Source: Stylophora pistillata (lineage: Eukaryota). From it: 60,296 bases of DNA. Under the pieces are notes generated by a model. It was not told the origin of the DNA and ran no database searches. It saw nothing but the letters and a program-made list of their open reading frames with translations. The first letter of the stretch is position 1. Every line of letters begins with the position of its first letter. Shown piece after piece: positions 23,851 through 36,800 of the stretch. The translations under genes and the position numbers were made by a program. The DNA is taken from contig NW_019218153.1 in the NCBI RefSeq assembly GCF_002571385.2, forward strand, positions 266,580 to 326,875, given 5' to 3'.

Positions 23851-25100
23851 GACTTCGTAACACAACGCACACTCTCAGGATTGGTGAAAAATCGATTTTA
23901 CATTTGCCTGTAATCCCATCGAAAACTAATGCACCTTCCCATCTTGTCAAATAGCGCCACACGGGGCGAATTCCTAGATTTTAATTTGTTTAAGGCCTTT
24001 GGTTTGGAGGGAACGAAAAGGACACTTCGAACGCCAAAACCATTGACAAAAACTTTATTTTTCCAACATTATCAAAATTTTCTTCTTAAAAGCAGTTTAA
24101 CTTCCTGGTTGCTCCATTTCAAACCTTTTTTTCGCTAAGCGGTTAAAGGGAAAGAACTTCTAAAACTCTCGAATAGAATTCTCCAAACTGCTCGTCGAGA
24201 AGGAAAAGTTGGAATGTTTTTACTTCAAGAAAATTGTAGCGACTAACGATCTGGATTTTTATTCAGACATTTAGTGAAAATCTTTACTTAGGAACAAAAC
24301 CCACTTGGAGACGGAATATGCCGTCGAGATTTATGGCAATTCAGTTTGCTGTCCGCGATTTTAGCTTTCATTTGATAGTTTTTGCCAAGTTTAGCATTTT
24401 AAGCAATTTCTGTAAATTTTAACGCGGACTCCATGTGAGCTTTAATTTAAACTGAGGCAAATTTGGGCAAAGGAATTATGTCCCTTGAGTCGGGTGTCAG
24501 GATGAATCGAACTCCATCGAGAACAATCTAATGGTTCGATATCTAAATTCGCTCAAACAAAAACCAGTTTTGTATCTAAGCTAGAGCTCCAATGCTCTGA
24601 CAAACCTAGACAAACAATTGAGCCCATTATTTGTATCGTCCTTTTAATTTAATTAGTGCGTTATTCAATTAATTTCACTGCTTCTGCTCTTCGTAAAGCG
24701 TTTGTATCTTCAGAATAACTGGTACATTAACAAATGGGAAGCCCGGGTAAGGGAAGGGCTTCTGAAAAAAGTAAATTACTTACCGAACTTTTTGAAAGGA
24801 AGTGTTGGTTTAAGTGGTGCATGAATGAACCTTGCAAAAAGGTTTTTGTAAGCGCTCCTGAAGACCTCCAGATGTTATTGGATAACTTACGATAACAAAC
24901 AAGAAGTTAAAACTCAGCAAAGACAAAAAATTGACGCTTCGGTACAATCTTAAGAGCAAAATTTTCACTTCCGTTTGAGTTAAGAAAGTCCGCTGCGATT
25001 CGAGAGACTGCTTGTCCCGTTTGAGTGAAAAGCGTGAAATATCATGATTGACAAGCGCAAGAAGTCACGCATTTTGGTCACGCAACACTTTCGTGTAACA

Positions 25101-26021
25101 ATGGCGGATGAGTTGCAAGCTTTGACCGTAAACGAAGTAGAGGAATATTTAGCTCGAATTCACTACACAGGCCCAATAGAACCAACTTTTGACGTTCTTA
25201 AAGAACTGGAACGGTGTCATATGTTATCAGTACCCTTTGAGAACTTAAGTGTGTTTGGAAAGGAGGAAATAGTCCTCTCTAAAGAATGGTTGTTCGACAA
25301 AATCGTTCGAAGACATCGTGGCGGGTACTGCTTTGAGCTGAACTTGAGTTTTTCGTTGCTTCTTGATTATTTTGGGTACAGCTACGACAGGAAATCTGCT
25401 GCAGTCTATAGCAGAAAATCGGGGATTATCGCACCACCGATTGATCACCTGATAAACGTGATAAACATTGGCGATTCACTGTGGTTGTGTGATGTCGGTT
25501 TTGGAGATTCGTTTCTAACTCCTCTCCTCATCGACTGTTCAGGAGATCCGCAGGAACAACAGAGTGGGGCTTATCGTATTCGAAAAGACGGCGATCAGTA
25601 ATTCTACGAAGAGAAAGTGAAAACTATAGTTGACGAGTTTGGTCGCGAAGGAAAAGCAAAGGAGAAATTTACCAGTGAAGCTGAATGGGGAATCAGGTAT
25701 AGGTTTGACCTGACTCCTAGGAAAATACGAGACTTCCATGAAAGGCTTATTTTCCACCAAACAGACCCAAAGTCTCCGTTTACTCACGATCGCATATGTA
25801 CTATGGCAAAATCTTGGGGAAGGTTAACCCTAACAGGGAACAAACTGACAACTTCCACCTATCTGGCAGACAACAAGGTCAAGAAAGAGACAAAGGAACT
25901 CAGCAGAGAAGAAGAAATAGTAAATGAACTCGAATTAAAGTTTGGAATTAGAAAAGAATCTTGTTTGTATCCTAAAGGATCTATGTATCACGGATTAGAT
26001 CTGAAGGGAAAAGTATCTTAA
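25101..26021 (+). pseudogene. NAT: NAT copy C with one in-frame TAA at 25599-25601
   Basis: ORFs 25044-25601 and 25617-26021 share a frame. The triad (GGYCFE, DHL, CDVGFG) is intact. Confidence 0.88.
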
Positions 26022-26685
26022 GTCGAAATCATTTCAGGGCTTTCCGTTACGTAATGGTATGCGATAAACATTTTATTCTCTCAGGCCTCCCCTTCAGTAG
26101 TGCATCGCTGAACGTTTGATTTGAAATAGAATCGCACTGACGGTCACGGATTGTCTTTTTGAAGGTTTTTCTCAGAGGAATAACGATTCAAATAAAGGTT
26201 GATAAAAGGTGCTGTCAAGAGGCCAGAAGTAGTTCGTTGGTAGTAGTTTGGTAATTTACGCAATATCACGCTAAACACTATGTCGAAAGTTCAATTCGAA
26301 ACAAAAGATTGGATTCTTTTTCTTCTGAAGCAATCAGGTCGAACGGGCGATGTTACTCTCAGATGCATGTTACAAACGGGTCGTTTAAACTTGAAACCCT
26401 AAACTTAGATGCACTTAAGATCCTACACAGCTTCAAAATTCGCACTAATTCTAAATGTTTCTCTCGTCGATGCTGCAAAAATAAGCGTATTGATCTAAGA
26501 AAACAGATTCTTGACTGCAGAAACAGAGCTATAAATACTTTAGCTCTTGTGATTGGTGAAATACAATGATTTTGTTTTCAAATATATTTGCATTCTCAAT
26601 GGTGTTCACGGTTAACTGTCAAAGACAAAACATTTCAGCTGTCATTTCTTACAATAGTTCCAATTCTGCTTGCATGCCATCCAAA

Positions 26686-27567
26686 ATGGAGAAAGAGCGA
26701 CTCACCGCGAGCGAAGTTAAAGAATATCTCGCCCGTATCAATTACAAAGGCCCTGTAAAATCAACTTTTGAAGCGTTAACTGAATTGCAACGATGCCATA
26801 TGCTATCCGTGCCTTTTGAAAACCTGAGCGTTTTTGGAAAAGAGGAAATAATTATTTCCAAAGATTGGTTGTTCGACAAAGTTGTTCGATGAGAACGTGG
26901 TGGTTTGTGCTATGAACTGAACAGTTTGTACTCGCTCCTTCTCGATCATTTTGGTTTCAGTCACACTCTCCTTGCAGGTGCAGTGTTCGACAGCCACGGG
27001 GGAAATCGTAAAGGAATGCCTTTTGATCATATGATTTTAATGGTCGCTATAGAAGACAATCTGTGGCTGACTGATGTTGGATTTGGAGACTCCTATTTAA
27101 CCCCTCTATGTTTCACTATGTTAGAGCCTCAAGAACGAAAAAGTGGAATTTATCGCATCCGTAAAGAAGGTGAAGAGTATCTATACGAGGTACTGAAGCC
27201 TAAGGTAGTTACAGAAGAGCCTAGCCGTGAAGACAAGAGCAGAAGTGACGTCGAAGAGTGGGTTTCAAGGTGTAAGTTTGATCTGACTCCAAGGAGCAAA
27301 AAAGATTTCAAAGACATGCTTGACTACCATCAAACCAACCAGGAGTCGCCATTTACACACGGACGCATTTGCACCATGGCAACCTCTTGTGGAAGGGTAA
27401 CTCTTGTAGGGAATAAACTAATAACTTCAACCTATCTCGGAGACAACAAAGTTCGGAAAGACATGAAGGATCTCGGCGGAGAGGAGGAAGTAGTAAAAAA
27501 ACTTGAAGAGAACTTTGGGATAAATAAAGAATCTTGTTTATACCCTGAAGGATCTGTATTCCATTGA
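26686..27567 (+). pseudogene. NAT: NAT copy D with one in-frame TGA at 26890-26892
   Basis: Reads VVR*ERGGLCYELN. The TGA aligns with the AGA (Arg) codon of the paralogues. The rest is open with FDHM and TDVGFG. Confidence 0.88.
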
Positions 27568-28139
27568 TTAGACAAAGATAAGGGGCAAAGAAAAAAGGCA
27601 CATATCTTTTGGTCAATGAAACAAATCACTTAATACATGCTTATTGGCCAGATTGAACTAGCCAGGTAAATAAACAAATGAAACACATGACAAAGTTTGT
27701 TGAAAGTAAATCTAATGTAAGTAACTATGTACTTCCACTTTATTTTATTTCCACAAATAGACAGTTACTGACTGAAGCGTTTCCAGTATGAGAAGACAAT
27801 TTGTGCCTTAACTAGAGACTGATAATAATGCTGATCTTCCTTAGGGAAGTGCTTGGTTCTTACTGTCCATAATTACCAGTCATAACCTCTTCCTGAAAAA
27901 ATATAAATTTGCAACCTAAAATAATTAACTACTAATACTCCATTTATGAAGTTAGTTCTCTATCATCTCAGTTACTATTTAACCTTGGCACTATTTACTT
28001 ACTATATGACAAAGTTACATGCAAGTTGATATAATATACACTGTGTTGACAGAGGGGGACATTGGGCTTTGGCAAGGACTTAATTAATTCCATAAGCTAT
28101 AATAAGGAATCTTCCTCTTCCATGATAAGAAATAGGAGT

Positions 28140-28361
28140 GAGGAATTCTTGATTAATCTTATCTTAAATTGTAGTTCATAGTTTTATATTTTTATATTTG
28201 TATTATTACTATTAATTATTATTTAACTTAGATAGATAGTAGATATGCAGGTCCACATCAGGACTTCAGTGTTGCGTATTCTGTAACCTGCATCATAACT
28301 ATGCCTGCGTTACCAAATAAATAAACTATGTATGTATGTATGTATGTATGTATGTATGTAT
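28140..28361 (+). repeat. Probable LINE 3' tail followed by (TATG)n microsatellite
   Basis: AT-rich tail ending aaataaataaa, then (tatg)n at ~28327-28362. Confidence 0.5.
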
Positions 28362-29837
28362 GGGTGTTGTATCCCTTTTTAATGTGGTATTAGGAAGAAG
28401 AACAACTCACATTGCTGTGATCTGAAACTTAACTGCAGTGTACAATGTTTGTAATTTTAAATTGACAGTGTTTAAACTTTTGAAAGCCTAGATTTTGAAA
28501 ACCTGTGGTTAATTGTTGAAAAAAGTTGAACAAAGTAATAATCATTAACCTCAGGCCATGGTCATTAAAATTTTACTTGACCCGTGGACCTCTACCACAC
28601 ATGCTATCAGCCAGCCAAATACCAGGGTGTGGTACAGATGAGTGAAAAAAGACCAGGTAAATCCTGAGACCTTTTTTACATCCTGGTGTTGGTGCATTGA
28701 TAATATTCCTTGCGGTGATGCGGTGTTTGTTCTATTTTGTTTGGAGTGTCGCAGTATTCAGAAACCCCCACGTCCCCCTCTTGACAAAACAAACAAGATT
28801 TGTCTCCAAAAAAACCGTTTGTTCATTTACATCCAATAAAATCACTTACTATGTTTGACAGCAAATAGTGTCTTTAAAATAAGTTCCTCAGAATGAAATT
28901 CAAGGTTTTGGTCTTGATTGATCTCTATATTTATTTCAAATTCCATACCGTTAAGGTTTTAATATAAATTCTCATTTAAGTTCGTCTTGCACACAATTTA
29001 CATAATTTGGGTCATAAATCAAACAACATCCCATAGTTTTTTCTCATCACTTTCTGTTTGATATTGTAGTCAGGTTAATATTATACATAGAGGCTACTTT
29101 TTGGTTTCTCTTTGGGGAGTAGAACATGAAAATCTTGCAGTGCAGTGATGTAAATTTCATATGATAAGATTGGTCACTTGCCTTTCAAATTGTAATAAAA
29201 GGTTTCCTGATCATAACTCTACAGAAGATTTGTGCAACTAGCACTCGATGATTACCATTACCATTTTTTATCCTGATGGACTTCAATTAGCTTGAAAAGA
29301 GAAATTCTCTCTTTCCTCTGTAGTCAAATGCCTCTAGCCACAACCTTTTTCATGATATTAGCAATGACCAGAAGGAAATATTCTACTTCCCATGTATCAA
29401 ACTGCAAAGTTTGTTCAACTAGTTCAAAAACTAACATACTTAAATGTACTTTGCAAATCCAAGAAATGTAGACTAAATCTTCTTCAGTAGGTGATACCTC
29501 TAACTGTAACTGATTTGGAGGTTACCTACTTTATGTTATGAACAATTTTTTTTCTGTTCCTATTTTTGGCCTAGGCAAGATGTGCACAGGCCATAAATCC
29601 AAGCAATCCATAAATCCATCTCCAACACTTGTTTTTCTTCATTTCAGGTACTAAGTAACTTTCATAACCCAGAAGTGATTAACATGTAACTTCTCCCCAT
29701 AATATCCATACATGATCCAGCAAACAGGTAATGAGAATATGCAAACTTATCAGGTAGGATTTCTTATCTTGATATAAGACCTGGTCCTCGCAACTTAGTT
29801 CCAAGGAAATGTGTAGCAGCTAGAGGGGAGAATTAAT

Positions 29838-30018
29838 AGACCACTTTCATAAATGGCTGCCGTATAAATATTCTTTTGTTTAAATTTAAATTAGCCCTTC
29901 TGGCCTTGCTTTGGATAATGTATTCTTTTGAATTTTGTACTGGAGAAGGAGGCCTGTAGGGCTAATTTAAATTTAAACAAAAGAATATTAATCCAGCAGC
30001 CATTTATGAAAGTGGTCT
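29838..30018. mobile_element. Palindromic MITE
   Basis: agaccactttcataaatggctgc...gcagccatttatgaaagtggtct, with inner arms aatattcttttgtttaaatttaaattagccct / agggctaatttaaatttaaacaaaagaatatt. Confidence 0.85.
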
Positions 30019-30045
30019 GTGCTTAGTTCTTGGGAGCTAAAAGGG

Positions 30046-33000
30046 CTAAACATACAGAGAGGCATTAATACTGTCATCTGAACCCATTCCAGTTGCTAGA
30101 GGCACAGGATGTTGTGTTCGTCTTGACACTACAATCTTCATCTTGATGAACCTGAACTCTCCGAAGTACGTGAACAAGTAGCTCAACAGAGTTAATGCCG
30201 TAAGCCATTCAGAAACATCTCCAATGACATGATAAACATAGTGCTTTTCTGTCGGGTTCCAGCGTAGTCTGGGTTCATCGCTGGCCAGGTGGTAACGTAC
30301 TCCATTGACACTGGCATATGAGGTAGCTGTTGCACATGTGGCAAAGAAGATTGTTGCAGCAAAAGCAATGGCCACTCGTAAGATGAAGAGACTGCGTGTT
30401 ATCACACCGCAAAGACTCATCTTATAGGAAATAAAAGATTGAACCCAGCAATAGAGAATACCTCCCACAAAAATGAGAAGTGCACCAATAATGTGGATAA
30501 ATGAGACAACATCCTCCTAGTGTTTGAAAAGAAAAGAAAACATTCTTGTCTTTGAAGTGGCCACAATATTAATTTAGCAGTTTCTTGTTTTGACATAGTT
30601 TTAGTATGCTTTTGCAAAGGTTACATTCAATGTCATTGACCCCTTGAATAACTCCCTGAGGCAATTTAACGTGTAACTTCTCTCCAAAATATCCCTTAAA
30701 TATCCAACAAACAGGTAATGAGAATACTCAAACTTATCAGGTTTAAGCTGTAAGCTTGATCTAACACCAAATTCTCATAACATACATACATACATACATA
30801 CATACANNNNNNNNNNNNNNNNNNNNNNNNNNNNNNNNNNNNNNNNNNNNNNNNNNNNNNNNNNNNNNNNNNNNNNNNNNNNNNNNNNNNNNNNNNNNNN
30901 NNNNNNNNNNNNNNNNNNNNNNNNNNNNNNNNNNNNNNNNNNNNNNNNNNNNNNNNNNNNNNNNNNNNNNNNNNNNNNNNNNNNNNNNNNNNNNNNNNNN
31001 NNNNNNNNNNNNNNNNNNNNNNNNNNNNNNNNNNNNNNNNNNNNNNNNNNNNNNNNNNNNNNNNNNNNNNNNNNNNNNNNNNNNNNNNNNNNNNNNNNNN
31101 NNNNNNNNNNNNNNNNNNNNNNNNNNNNNNNNNNNNNNNNNNNNNNNNNNNNNNNNNNNNNNNNNNNNNNNNNNNNNNNNNNNNNNNNNNNNNNNNNNNN
31201 NNNNNNNNNNNNNNNNNNNNNNNNNNNNNNNNNNNNNNNNNNNNNNNNNNNNNNNNNNNNNNNNNNNNNNNNNNNNNNNNNNNNNNNNNNNNNNNNNNNN
31301 NNNNNNNNNNNNNNNNNNNNNNNNNNNNNNNNNNNNNNNNNNNNNNNNNNNNNNNNNNNNNNNNNNNNNNNNNNNNNNNNNNNNNNNNNNNNNNNNNNNN
31401 NNNNNNNNNNNNNNNNNNNNNNNNNNNNNNNNNNNNNNNNNNNNNNNNNNNNNNNNNNNNNNNNNNNNNNNNNNNNNNNNNNNNNNNTGTAAGACAGTTT
31501 TACAATTCTTTCACCTCTGTGATAATTGAGCCATTCTTGGGGGACTTTCAGCCTGGGTATGTTCTTAGTATGTTCTTAAAATTCTAAATTAATCTCAGCC
31601 TGTACAATCTTACAGAAAAAAGGTTCTTATAAAATAAATAGTTACGTATGATGCACGATCCTTGCAGTAGAGAGCGCTATTCATATATTCATCGTATCTG
31701 AATTATCATCATGGGTTTATTACGAATCAACTTAACGGCCTGCTCCCAGTTGGTTTGTTAGCTCAATTGGTGGAGCGCTGCACTAGTATCGCAGAGGTCG
31801 GTGGTTCGAATCCAGTACGGGCCTGATGTTTTTTTTCAGGTCTGATTTTCGCTATTGCATAAATAGTGCTCTCTACTGTGAGGATCGTGCATCATACGTA
31901 TCTATGACCGCAGTTCAAAATATATGAACTTCATATATTCATCGTATCCAAAAGAAATAGTGTCGTGCAGTAGTGTTGTAATGTGAGCCTGCTTAATGTA
32001 AATATCATTGTATTCATTATTGGGCAGCTTATTTGTAAAGATTTCCGTACAGCCCAACAAAAACAAAGCCATAATCCCAAAGGTTTGCCTCTGCTTTCTT
32101 TTATCCAAGAATTGTATGCATAATGAAGTATGGGATTCTAGAGGAAATCTTGCCGCTTATTTCAATCATTTTCCCAATGTAATAAGTTTGGTTTTGTGCA
32201 TTTAGTATAAGAGTGGCGTTTTAAATGTTACTTTACATATTAACTGTTAAAGTATAAATATGTAAATGTGTCCGTGGAATTTTGTAAAAACGTAAAAACA
32301 AAAGATTTCGTTAGAATTAGTTACTAATATATATCGTAAATAACAATAAACAATCATAGTATCGTAATTAAGGTTAGCATTACAGGTATTGTTAGTATTT
32401 TAAGTTATGTTAGTGTCATAAACATATCAAAATAAAAGTAACACCGGAATTGTTTAAAATGCTAGTTTTGTATATATTGATGATTTAAAAAAAAATTACA
32501 ACAAAAGAAACACCAAGACTCGCTTGCCAGCTAAGACTAGAGAGAGTCGCAAAGTACAGTAGCGAAGGAACAAACGCACTTCCTCTCCTTTACGATGACT
32601 AATCTTACTCATGCAGCTTGTAGTGTTTAAGATAAAGCTTCCACGAAGGCATGGCCAAAAGTGAGGATTCACTCGTATGTTTCGGTTCAGTTTAATACTT
32701 CCGTCAAATTCGAAATTCCTTTGTCACGGAATCTGGTTAGATGTACCGTTGTGATTTTAGAAAAATAATATTCATACACCTAATTAATGTAAGCTTTATG
32801 ATTGTGCTGACGCATCCATTGATCTGCTAATTATTACCTGAAAATTGGCCACTATGCTTCCGCCCAGACTTGAAGCTACACCAAGCACTACAGCCAATTT
32901 GTTGAGCCTAATAACAAGCGCCCTGTCTCTTTCGTTCCAATCAGCATCGTGTCTCAACTGAAGATACCGCACAAACGTTGTCACGAGCGCAAGAAGGGCG

Positions 33001-33182
33001 CACAAATTGAACAGCAGTCCGAAAACGTTGCTTTCCGGCCGGCGATCCGCAGTGTCACTGATAGTGGGAAACCATGAAGTGTCGTTGCGTATTCGAGAAA
33101 TAACATAGGTAATCAGGAAGGTTACAACTGAAAGTACAGCTAGCAGAAAAGGAAAAGCTCCAAGACCACAGCGGATACACAT
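30046..33182 (-). CDS. DRAM/TMEM150 (Frag1/DRAM/Sfk1 family) membrane protein, exons 33182-32838 and 30516-30046
   Basis: FPTISDTA-PESNVFG, VRYLQ, VANFQ|EDVVSFIHIIGA, YCWVQS, SEW and TYFGEF motifs; GT-AG junction in frame. Confidence 0.9.
30807..31487. other. Assembly gap preceded by (CATA)n
   Basis: Run of N. Confidence 1.
31643..31947. mobile_element. Inverted-repeat element enclosing a tRNA-Thr(AGT)-like pseudogene (31752-31824, +)
   Basis: Arms tacgtatgatgcacgatcc...agtagagagcgctatt / aatagtgctctctact...ggatcgtgcatcatacgta. A and B boxes are present but the stems are mismatched. Confidence 0.75.
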
Positions 33183-33871
33183 CGTTTCCAAATCCAAATC
33201 CTCGAGAAGTAAATGAATTGATAAACTGAAAAATACCCAATAGAGTTTTTATAGCTCACATGCCCCTCAGATGTCTTCTCATTTTCTAAAGTTATGGCCC
33301 TGAATATACTAAACTTAGGAATGAAATCATGGTTACGAACCCAGTATCGAAAGTAATTTGAGAAGTTGATAAATTTCCCTTGTAGCAATTTGACAAATCG
33401 CTCTTTACAGAGGGAGGGGGTGGGTAAAAGTTGAGAGACACCTCAGCGTGTTCACATCCTACCCCTGCCATCATAGAATGATTAAGAACGTTTCAAGTGA
33501 TTGCTAAAAAAATATGAAAAGAAAACGAAATAAAAAATCAGGGACGTGATTAAATACTTTTAACAAATGTACTTCCCATTGCATTGACGTCAAAATGCCG
33601 TAGGAACATAATCCATTCAAAATGCGTGTATGATTCAGCTTATTATCATATTACCCAAACTAGATACTGATATCTGAGTTTACAGAATATCTTCAATACG
33701 TGTTAAATTAAAAATGTTTTGCGAGCAATTCAGGATACCTCCTTCTACTCCCCCTTAGTATTAGTTTCAAATCAAAACGAGGCTGTCAAAAAAATATTAG
33801 CGCGCGAAGTTTGGGTACCATAACATGATAATTATGAAAGACCAAGATTCCGCAAAATAGCAGATTTAGCC
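33183..33871. promoter_or_regulatory. Putative bidirectional promoter region between the DRAM-like gene and DDX11
   Basis: Divergent ATGs are 690 bp apart, with a palindromic CRE TGACGTCA at ~33584. Confidence 0.5.
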
Positions 33872-36800
33872 ATGGAAAATCTTCCCATCAGTACGTTCCC
33901 TTCAAACAGGAGCCCTAGCATTCGTGACTGTGAACAGGTTGCATCAACGCAGATACGCCATGGCGAATCTGCGGCCGCAGATAAGCCAGTATTTTTCCCG
34001 TTTCCTTTCCCTCCCTATGACATCCAGGAGGATTTTATGAAAACTTTGTATGGCGTGCTTGAGAATGGAGAAGTTGGAATTTTCGAAAGTCCTACGGGAA
34101 CGGTGAGTGGAAATGGAAATGGATATTGAGATAGATGAGGTTCTTTGAGCGAAGATCGGAGCTAGTTGTAAAATGGTACGTCGCATACAAGAGCGCGTTA
34201 TTTGATTATGTAAGTCTAGAGCAAGAGGAATTTATTGATTACCCATAAATGATGACTGACCTTTTCACTCCCATGATCTCATAAGTAATTCTCCTTACTG
34301 TCTACCATCTTCCTAATAAGGAATGTATTTGTTAAACTGAGCTCAAAATTTAACTGTCTTTTTTTAATTCTATCTATATACCCCATTGCCTACACTCCTA
34401 GGGAAAATCTTTGAGCTTGATTTGTGGAGCTCTTACCTGGCTAAAAAGTTATGAAGAGAGGAGAGAGGAAGAACTAGACAAAGCCTTCTCAGGTTCAAAA
34501 CAAGTTACAACTCACAGGTAATGATCTTAACCCTTGCACCATGAGCCATTTTTTTAACCCCTGTGTGGGCCAAACTTGGGTATATTTATAAAGTTTGAAA
34601 ATTAATATAAAGATACATTTAATATGTTTTGTTGGTTATTTCATATTGTATCTAACACCAAGTGCACTAGTCTTTACCAGACCCTCATCAGTTTAATTGT
34701 TTGCAGTTTGACTGTTTTAATAGTGCGTAAGAATATTCGTACAAGTAGTATCTTTTAGGACATACTGAGTACTTCCTCACAGCATATGAGGGTAACCTCA
34801 TAGGACTAATCTGATACAGGATGTACTCAGTACTTCCTTGAAGCAGTGATCGAAGGGGCTAATGAAACAAAAACTTGTTTGGGTTGACTCCTGAACAATC
34901 TGTCAGTTTTATTTTTTTTACAAAGTTGTTGCCTTTTTTCAGGGACAGTGTCATACATGAGGACAAAGGAAAAATATTTAATAGTGCAGATGATTGTAAG
35001 TCCAAAAGCAATGTTAATTGGGTGTTTTAAGTAATCCTAGATAGCTTTGCTTTTGCTTGTCTTCATAATGTGATTGGTCCATGAAGCTTACACCATTCTC
35101 TACAAAAAATCCAATCTCAATCAGAACTGAAACCAATTTCCATTTTTTTTTTACATTTTTACATTTTTATAGCGCAGACTTCTATGTGGGTTTATTCAGT
35201 TGCGCTTAACAGTATCGTAAGGTTGAGATCTGACGTCATCATTTTTATCAGGCACCTCTGGCAGCCGCTTCAGTCCATGTAGCGATCTGACCTAATCCCA
35301 CCCTGGGGAGGATATCCACTACACAGTAATCTCATTCATGGGAAATTTAAGTCTCCTACCCCTAACCCTGCAGGAGACGGGACCTATGGCTTTACATCTT
35401 ATCCGAGAAGATGAAGGAATTGGTCAGTCATGTGCTCCCAGGCTCTGAGCAGTTTGTTTCCATTTTTCTTTGAATTCTCATTGGTTCTTTAACCCCTTAA
35501 CTCCCAGAGGTGCATGATTGACTTGTAACTTCTCCCTAGGCCTATAATATCTATACATTAGACATACCCCTGCTATTTTGGATCATTTTCACACAAAGGA
35601 TGTTATAACTCACAAATTTAATCATTTTTCATTGTTGTTTCATTTCAGCCACAATGCCAGACTGGGTGATGGAATTTGCAGAGAAGCAAGCTGCTCAAGA
35701 AAAAGAAGACAGAGTCAAGGTACTTTTGATCCATTCAAAGGGAATTAATGAAATATTTATTAAGCTTAAAATAAATAAATATTAAATAATTGTGTTACCA
35801 TCTATATAAAAGGATAATAAACAAAGTTAACATAACTCTTGCATCGTGCTCTAATTTTGTAGGAGGAAAGAGAGCGATTGGAAAAACAAAGAGTGCAGCT
35901 TCAGAAACTTAAGAATGAACTAAAACCAGCATGTGCATTTAAAACTGGAAAGAGAAAGGTTTGTCTGCTCTCGAAAAGGAAAACAGTCCTAGTGCAGGGG
36001 CTATGCTACTTACTTGAATAGGCTTAAACTACAAATAAGAGTTATATGTTGCCCCTAATGGTATGGTTTTTCCCCTTTTATCTGAAGTGGAGTGTAGACT
36101 GTACCATGTGTTTTTTAATCTGCATGGTTACGTTTTGTAGACTCTCTGAGATGTGTGAGACATGGTTGTGTTAAAGTTAGCGTGCTGCAGGCTCGAGACC
36201 CGGTTATATTAGTCGTTGTGATTAATGTTCTTGGGCAGGACACTTTTATTTACTTATGCATTGCCTCTCTCCACCAAGGAGTATACACCAGACATTTTGG
36301 TGTTTGGTATCACTGAGTATTGTAATATGAATTGTGCTGTATTTTGAGGAGCCTGAAGGGTGAGTTAAAATACAAACAACAGGTAAAAAATACATAGCAA
36401 TACCACACACCAAAACATCTAACAAGTTATTTATTATCTAATTCCCGTTTTTTTTCTGCCAACTGTTTCTCCTCATTTCTCATAAGGTGTGAAATGCAAA
36501 GCAGATAGACAAGGATAGTGTGGGCAGCAGACTGGTTGAACAGATTTTTTTACAGTTCAAAATAATCAACTGTACAATATTGCAGGATATTTGTACATGA
36601 TCAGGGCTCGACACTAACTTTTCAACTTACTAGCCGAGTGGCCGATGACATCTTAGATGTTATGACAATTTCAGTTTGTTTACTTATATAGTGAAACTGG
36701 CAATAGGAATAAAAAACCACTGGCCAAAACTGAATTTCTACTAATCTGTGGCTACTGGGCTACCATTAGTGTAGAGCCCTGTTGATCCATGCTTTATTTG

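Noticed and set aside
26890-26892. In-frame TGA as selenocysteine in NAT copy D
   Set aside because: It aligns with Arg (AGA), not with the catalytic Cys six codons later. The ATGA...AA...GA pattern near 27616 does not form a paired SECIS helix by eye.
31752-31824. Functional tRNA-Thr(AGT)
   Set aside because: It has three G:U pairs in the acceptor, mismatches in the anticodon and T stems, and it is embedded in a repeat.
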